Shown one piece after another: positions 59,452-64,000 of a DNA stretch of 64,000 nucleotides. The notes below the pieces were generated by a model. The model did not search any database, was not told the origin of the DNA, and was given only the letters and a program-made list of their open reading frames with translations. Source of the DNA: Phaeosaccion multiseriatum. Lineage: Eukaryota; Protista; Ochrophyta, other classes. The DNA lies in NCBI GenBank assembly GCA_965112735.1, contig OZ218957.1, positions 248,001 to 312,000 of the forward strand. The letters are read 5' to 3'. The translations under genes were made by a program, and so were the position numbers. Positions within the stretch are counted from its first letter, which is position 1. The number at the start of each line of letters is the position of its first letter.

Positions 59452-60294
59452 AGCGGTCGGAGGCCGCCGGCCTAGCTAGGCCTAGGAAGACACACAATGG
59501 ACTATGCTCTTGGTTTAGAGATTCAGACTTATGGAGACGAGGTTGGTCTATGTCGATGTTGAGTATAAGGCCACTCTCGATCTCACCATTGAGGTTTTGC
59601 ACATGAGCTCTCGAGAATGTACAGCGCCTCCTCCTTCTCCTCCTCCCTTCTTCTTTTTCTTTGTTACATACAGTTACATACTTTCCCCAGTGGCATGGGC
59701 AGACTCTGGTGCGCTGTTCGATTAATTTCTTCACCGACGGTATGGAGATCTGAACTTGATCAACTGAAGCCTTGGTCTCACTGTCAGTCTGAACCCTTGG
59801 TCACACTGGCAGTCCGACGCTGAAGCCTTGGTCACACTGGTCCACGTCCGACGCTGAAGCGAATGAGGAACAAGGAGGAGAAGGACAACCAAGAGGAGTA
59901 CAGGCAACAGCAGAAAACGCCTCGGAAATCGGAGGTCGAAAAACTGAACCCTTGGTCACTCTGACGACATAAATGGCCGGGGTCTTTTCTGCTATTCCTT
60001 CCCTCTTCGTCTCCCTCTTCGCCCTCATCTTCATCTTCATCATCTTCTTCCTCATCTTCTTCCTCTTCCTCTTCTTCCTCATCTCCGCCTTCACCTCTCT
60101 CGCGTTTGATTGTCAACTCTTGATACCCATGCAGTGACCCAACAGGTTGCTGAAAGTCAAGACGGGCCCCCTCTTGCGCACGGAGCGTCGGGGAAGGAGG
60201 GGAAGGATAACAATTTCCCCCCCCAAGTCTTCACAGCAACTGTTCCATTCTCAGTAGCTCATAGGATGTAACCAAGCAAAGTAGTGTTGTTAGT

Positions 60295-60419
60295 GACATC
60301 GACATTGGATATCGAGGATGCCTATTTTGGTCAGATTCGGGACAGTGGATCGGGCGGGCGGCGATCCACTGTCCCGAATCTGACCAAAATAGACGTCCTC
60401 GATATCCAATGTCGATGTC
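60295..60419. repeat. Near-perfect inverted repeat: 58-bp arms, 9-nt loop
   Basis: 60295-60352 is the reverse complement of 60362-60419 with 2 differences. Confidence 0.95.
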
Positions 60420-60430
60420 CTGCCCATACA

Positions 60431-60639
60431 CTAACAGTGGGCGTGTGTGCACCTCACCCCCCTGACCTGATGAAATGAAATTCTTTCAATGCAAACCTTT
60501 GAAGGTCGGCAGCAACAACAAGACACTCTCTCGACATCGGAGTGTCTTATTGCCTCGCCGGTACTTCTTCGACGCTTTGTATTGAAAGACTTTCATCAGA
60601 TCGGGGGGGTGAGATGAACACACACACTACCATTGTTGG
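60431..60639. repeat. Long imperfect inverted repeat with ~95-bp arms
   Basis: Paired blocks ctaacagtgg/ccattgttgg, ctcacccccctgacctgatgaaa/tttcatcagatcgggggggtgag, tctttcaatgcaaa/tttgtattgaaaga, aagacactc/gagtgtctt. Confidence 0.85.
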
Positions 60640-60648
60640 CTACAGTAT

Positions 60649-60875
60649 TCGGCCCTGGACAAGGTTACAGTGTGCGCCGACCAATAATCAGTAATCAGGC
60701 CAGCTAGCGCCGGTCATAATCAGTAATCAGGCCGGCTGGTACCGGTCATAATCAGTAATCAGAACCGGCTGGCGCCGGCCATAATCAGTAACCAGGCCCG
60801 GCTGGCGCCACAATCAGTAATCAGGCCGGCTGCGCCGGCCGTAATCAGTAATCAGATAACCTTGTCCAGGGCCGA
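60649..60875. mobile_element. MITE-like element: 19-bp terminal inverted repeats around a ~32-bp tandem array
   Basis: TCGGCCCTGGACAAGGTTA (60649-60667) and its exact reverse complement (60857-60875) enclose six ATAATCAGTAATCAG-like units. No clear TSD. Confidence 0.5.
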
Positions 60876-61850
60876 CAGTATTGCAGGAAGTACAACCCTA
60901 TTTGCATCTGTCCACATCAACAAGTGCATTTCTACATCAAAAACCCCGTGCTGTGCGACCTGCAGGACAGACAGGGAAAGAGAGGGCGAAGGAAACAGAT
61001 GGAGAGAGAGACGGAGAGACAGAGGGAGAAGGAAAGAAAGAGATCGGGAGAGACAGAGAGGGAGATGGAAAGAGGGAGAGGGAAGGAAGAGAGAGAGGCA
61101 GAGAGGGAAAGATGGGGGAGAAAGAAAGAGGGAATGAGAGGGAAGAGATTGAGAGAGACAGAGAGGGAGATGGAAAGGGGGAGAGAGAAAGAGGGAGAGG
61201 GAAGGAAGAGAGAGAGGCAGAGAGGGAAAGATAGGGAGAAAGAGAGAGGGAAAGAGAGGGAAAGAGGGAGAAAGAGAGGGAGGGAGAGGAAAAGAGAGGG
61301 AGAAGTAAGGAGGGAAAAAGAGGGAGGGAGAGGGAGAAAGAGAGAGAGGGAAAGAGAGGGAGAGGGAAGAGAGGGGGAAGGAAAGAAAGAGAGATGGACA
61401 GATAGAGGGGGGGGAGGAGTAGTGAGTTGGACAGACCGGGGGATAGAGACAGGAGAACAGAGGAATGCCCTCCCCCCCCTCGTTCCTATCCACGTCCTCC
61501 CCCCCCCGACCGTTGACTGACTCACCTCCACCAAAGATTCGTCTCTGCTGATTGAGAATATGGGAGATGATTAACTGGACGTGTATTCCGAGTCGTACAT
61601 ATCTAACTCTCTCTCTCTCGCTCGCTCTCTCTCTCTCCCTCTCCCTCTCCATCTCCCTCTCTTTCTTTGCTCTTATTTTCTCATTTCTCACGGGTATTAT
61701 CGGCACTCAAGTCTAAGTCCGGCACTCAAGTCAATGTGTTGGTGCCACGGATGCACAGATGGCGAACAACGACGGAACTCTCTTTTCCCTGTCTCTCTCT
61801 TGCTTGCTGCATCAGCGGACCTGAGGCCGAAGAGCGGAAGGGTAAAGAGC

Positions 61851-62407
61851 ATGTTGAAGAAGCTGTCTCGCTCACTCTCGCCTGCCGCCGCAGACAAAGA
61901 TGAAAACGCAGCAGCAGCGGCGGAGAAAGTTACCGAGGAGGGGGAAGCGGCACTGAGTGAGGAGGCGGCGACGGACTCCACTGCCCTCTCTCTCACTCCC
62001 ACTGTTCCGACTGAACCGCCGAATACTGCAAGCACCCAACAGCCCTCTTCCAGTTCCATGACCTCGAGCCTTCACAGCCTGCTCCACACAGCCAAGGGGG
62101 TTGCAGCCCCCCTCGTCTCCACGGTGGCGGCAGTATCGTACGAGGGCGCCCGGTACACGGGAAGTAGGGCCAAGGACTATGTCACGAACATGGCTGCGGC
62201 CTCCTCCGCCCGCCGAGGCTCCTCCGTGCACAACAAAGCCCCGGCTCCTGGTTGGTCGGGGCTTGACACCAGGTACGCCAGTCTCACGGCCTACGAGCGG
62301 AAGCTGGTGGCCAATGGCAGCAAGCCCATCACCGAAGAGGGTAAGGCCATGACGGACCAGGACAGCCCTACGGAGAGGGAGAGGGAGAGTCAGACAGCCA
62401 CCGGAGA

Positions 62408-62438
<31 letters not shown>

Positions 62439-62930
62439 ACAGGGTTGAGGGGCGGGGCGGCGGCAGGGGGTGTGTTGGAGGTCAACTGCCCTGCCGCGTC
62501 CCACTCTCCCACGGGTAAAGGTGTGGGATTGGTGCAGCCTCTGCAGCTGCCCTACAGCGCCGCGGAGCTTCAAGAGGAGAACTTGGAGGAGGATACGCCG
62601 TCCCCAAGGGATGACGAAGAAGAAGAAGCAGCAGCAGCAGGAGGAGGAGGAGGAGCAGGAGCAGGAGCAGCAGGAACAGATGTAGCGGCGGCAGAAAGGG
62701 CAGAGGGAGCGACAGCAGTAGCCGTGGTGGAAGGAGGAGGACGAGCAAGTCCTACGCGTGCGGATGAGCCTGAGGTGGACAAGGAGACCATGGAGCTGCT
62801 CAAGGCCCTCGCCGCGGAGGGGGACGAGGAGGCAAGCTATCACCTCAGCAGGCGCTTCTGCGCACCGCCCTTCACCGACAGCAAGTCCTGCTTCGCGTGT
62901 GGCGCGCACTTCGACCTCACCAGGTGGGTA

Positions 62931-62990
<60 letters not shown>

Positions 62991-64000
62991 TTGTGTGTTT
63001 GTGTGTGTATGTGTGTATGTGCGTGTGTGTGTGTGTGTGTGTGCGTGTGTGTGTGTGCGTGTGTGCGTGTGCGTGCTTGTGCGTGCTTGTGCGTGTATGT
63101 GCACTCAAGTTATGACTCCCCCACGTGCCCTGTGCTGCCCTGTGCAGGTACCGGCACCACTGCCGCCACTGCGGAGAGGCGTTTTGCAACCCCCACTCGT
63201 GGTATAAGCACCCCATTCCCAAGTTCGGTCCTAACACTAGGCTGCCGCAGCGCGTGTGCCTGCCCTGCAAGACGCTGCTGGAGCTGGAGGACTGGAGGGA
63301 TAGGAGGTAGGGAAGGAGATGATTGGAGGCATATGGATGGACATGAGTAGAGTATAAGGTGGGACAGGAGAGAGGGAGGGAGGGAGGGAGGCGGGGAGGG
63401 GCGTATACTGCCCTTGTTCTGTTTGCCTCTCTCTACCCTGTGGGCCTCGCATCGCCTTCCACTCTCATTCTCTCTCTTTCTCATTGTATGTCTCTCTCTC
63501 TTGCTCCCTCCCTGCCTTTTTTTCTCTCTTTATTTCTCTCTCTCCCTCATTGCCTATTCTCTCTCTTTTATCTCTCCCTCGTTGTCGCTCTCCTGGCCCA
63601 CTCACTGCCTCTCCCGTCCCCGCGAAACGGCATCGTAACGGTTTTCTGTAACCGTAACCTCAGTGCGTGGCGCTTCGAGCGTCTTGAGGCCTACCGCCGG
63701 GGGGAGCTCATCACCTACCACGAGGACCGCACAGACACCAACTACGACAAGGTACGCTGCCATCTGCTACCATCCTTATCATTTCCTTACTTCGTGTCCT
63801 TGCGATCTGCCGGCCTACTGACTGGAGGGTTAGCGGAAGGAACTCCATCCACTGCCATCCCCCCTCTCCCTGTGTGCGGTCACCGAGTCGGCACAACCTA
63901 TAACCCCGCGAGGGGCTGTGTAGTGTCTTGGTGAAGAGGCTCCCTCAATTGGTGCAGCCTGTCCGTATGCCTCCCACATGCTATGCGTCCCTTACGCCTC
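61851..64000 (+). CDS. FYVE zinc-finger protein, 5' part (exons 61851-62923, 63148-63306, 63664-63751; continues beyond the window)
   Basis: Spliced FYVE: CFACGAHFDLTR-YRHHCRHCGEAFC...H...QRVCLPC. Introns are GT-AG and phase-consistent. Long disordered N-terminus; the start codon is inferred. Confidence 0.85.

Noticed and set aside
60684-60855. Repeat-spacer look of the ATAATCAGTAATCAG array
   Set aside because: The intervening segments are short and similar to each other, so it is a tandem repeat rather than CRISPR.
60852-61706. 284-aa minus-strand ORF and a possible exon VAQHGVFDVEMH...
   Set aside because: Mostly a purine/pyrimidine low-complexity tract; no recognisable domain or partner exons, and it ends inside the TIR.

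Overview
Eukaryotic nuclear DNA: GC-rich, with spliceosomal introns full of microsatellites. A signal-plus-transit-peptide protein and the gene set suggest a photosynthetic stramenopile alga (inference). Genes spliced by hand, left to right: a partial low-complexity gene (-, runs off the left end, one GC-AG intron); a putative plastid membrane zinc-ribbon protein (+); a secreted fasciclin/FAS1 protein (+); THADA/Trm732 (-, 7 exons, ~2920 aa); a tandem segmental duplication (~19.3-25.0 kb and ~25.7-35.6 kb); an EF-hand EML5/6-like triple-TAPE WD40 protein (-, 32 exons); RRP36 (+); a non-coding stretch with hairpins and repeats at 59.5-60.9 kb; and a FYVE protein (+, runs off the right end). Each duplicated unit holds a secreted SGNH/PC-esterase-like + CBM4/9-like gene (+) and an RNFT1-like RING gene (-), which is a deletion pseudogene in the first unit. 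Most interesting: (1) the duplicated esterase-CBM genes, whose esterase exons differ almost only by amino-acid-changing substitutions and whose second copy has 6 CBM-like modules on 60-bp Pro/Thr repeat linkers with a variable predicted binding loop; (2) three short DNA words that form tandem arrays in introns and also sit as monomers inside exons of unrelated genes, in several frames and (for word A) both orientations; (3) the hairpin and TIR cluster at ~60.3-60.9 kb. All family calls come from motif recognition, not database searches.
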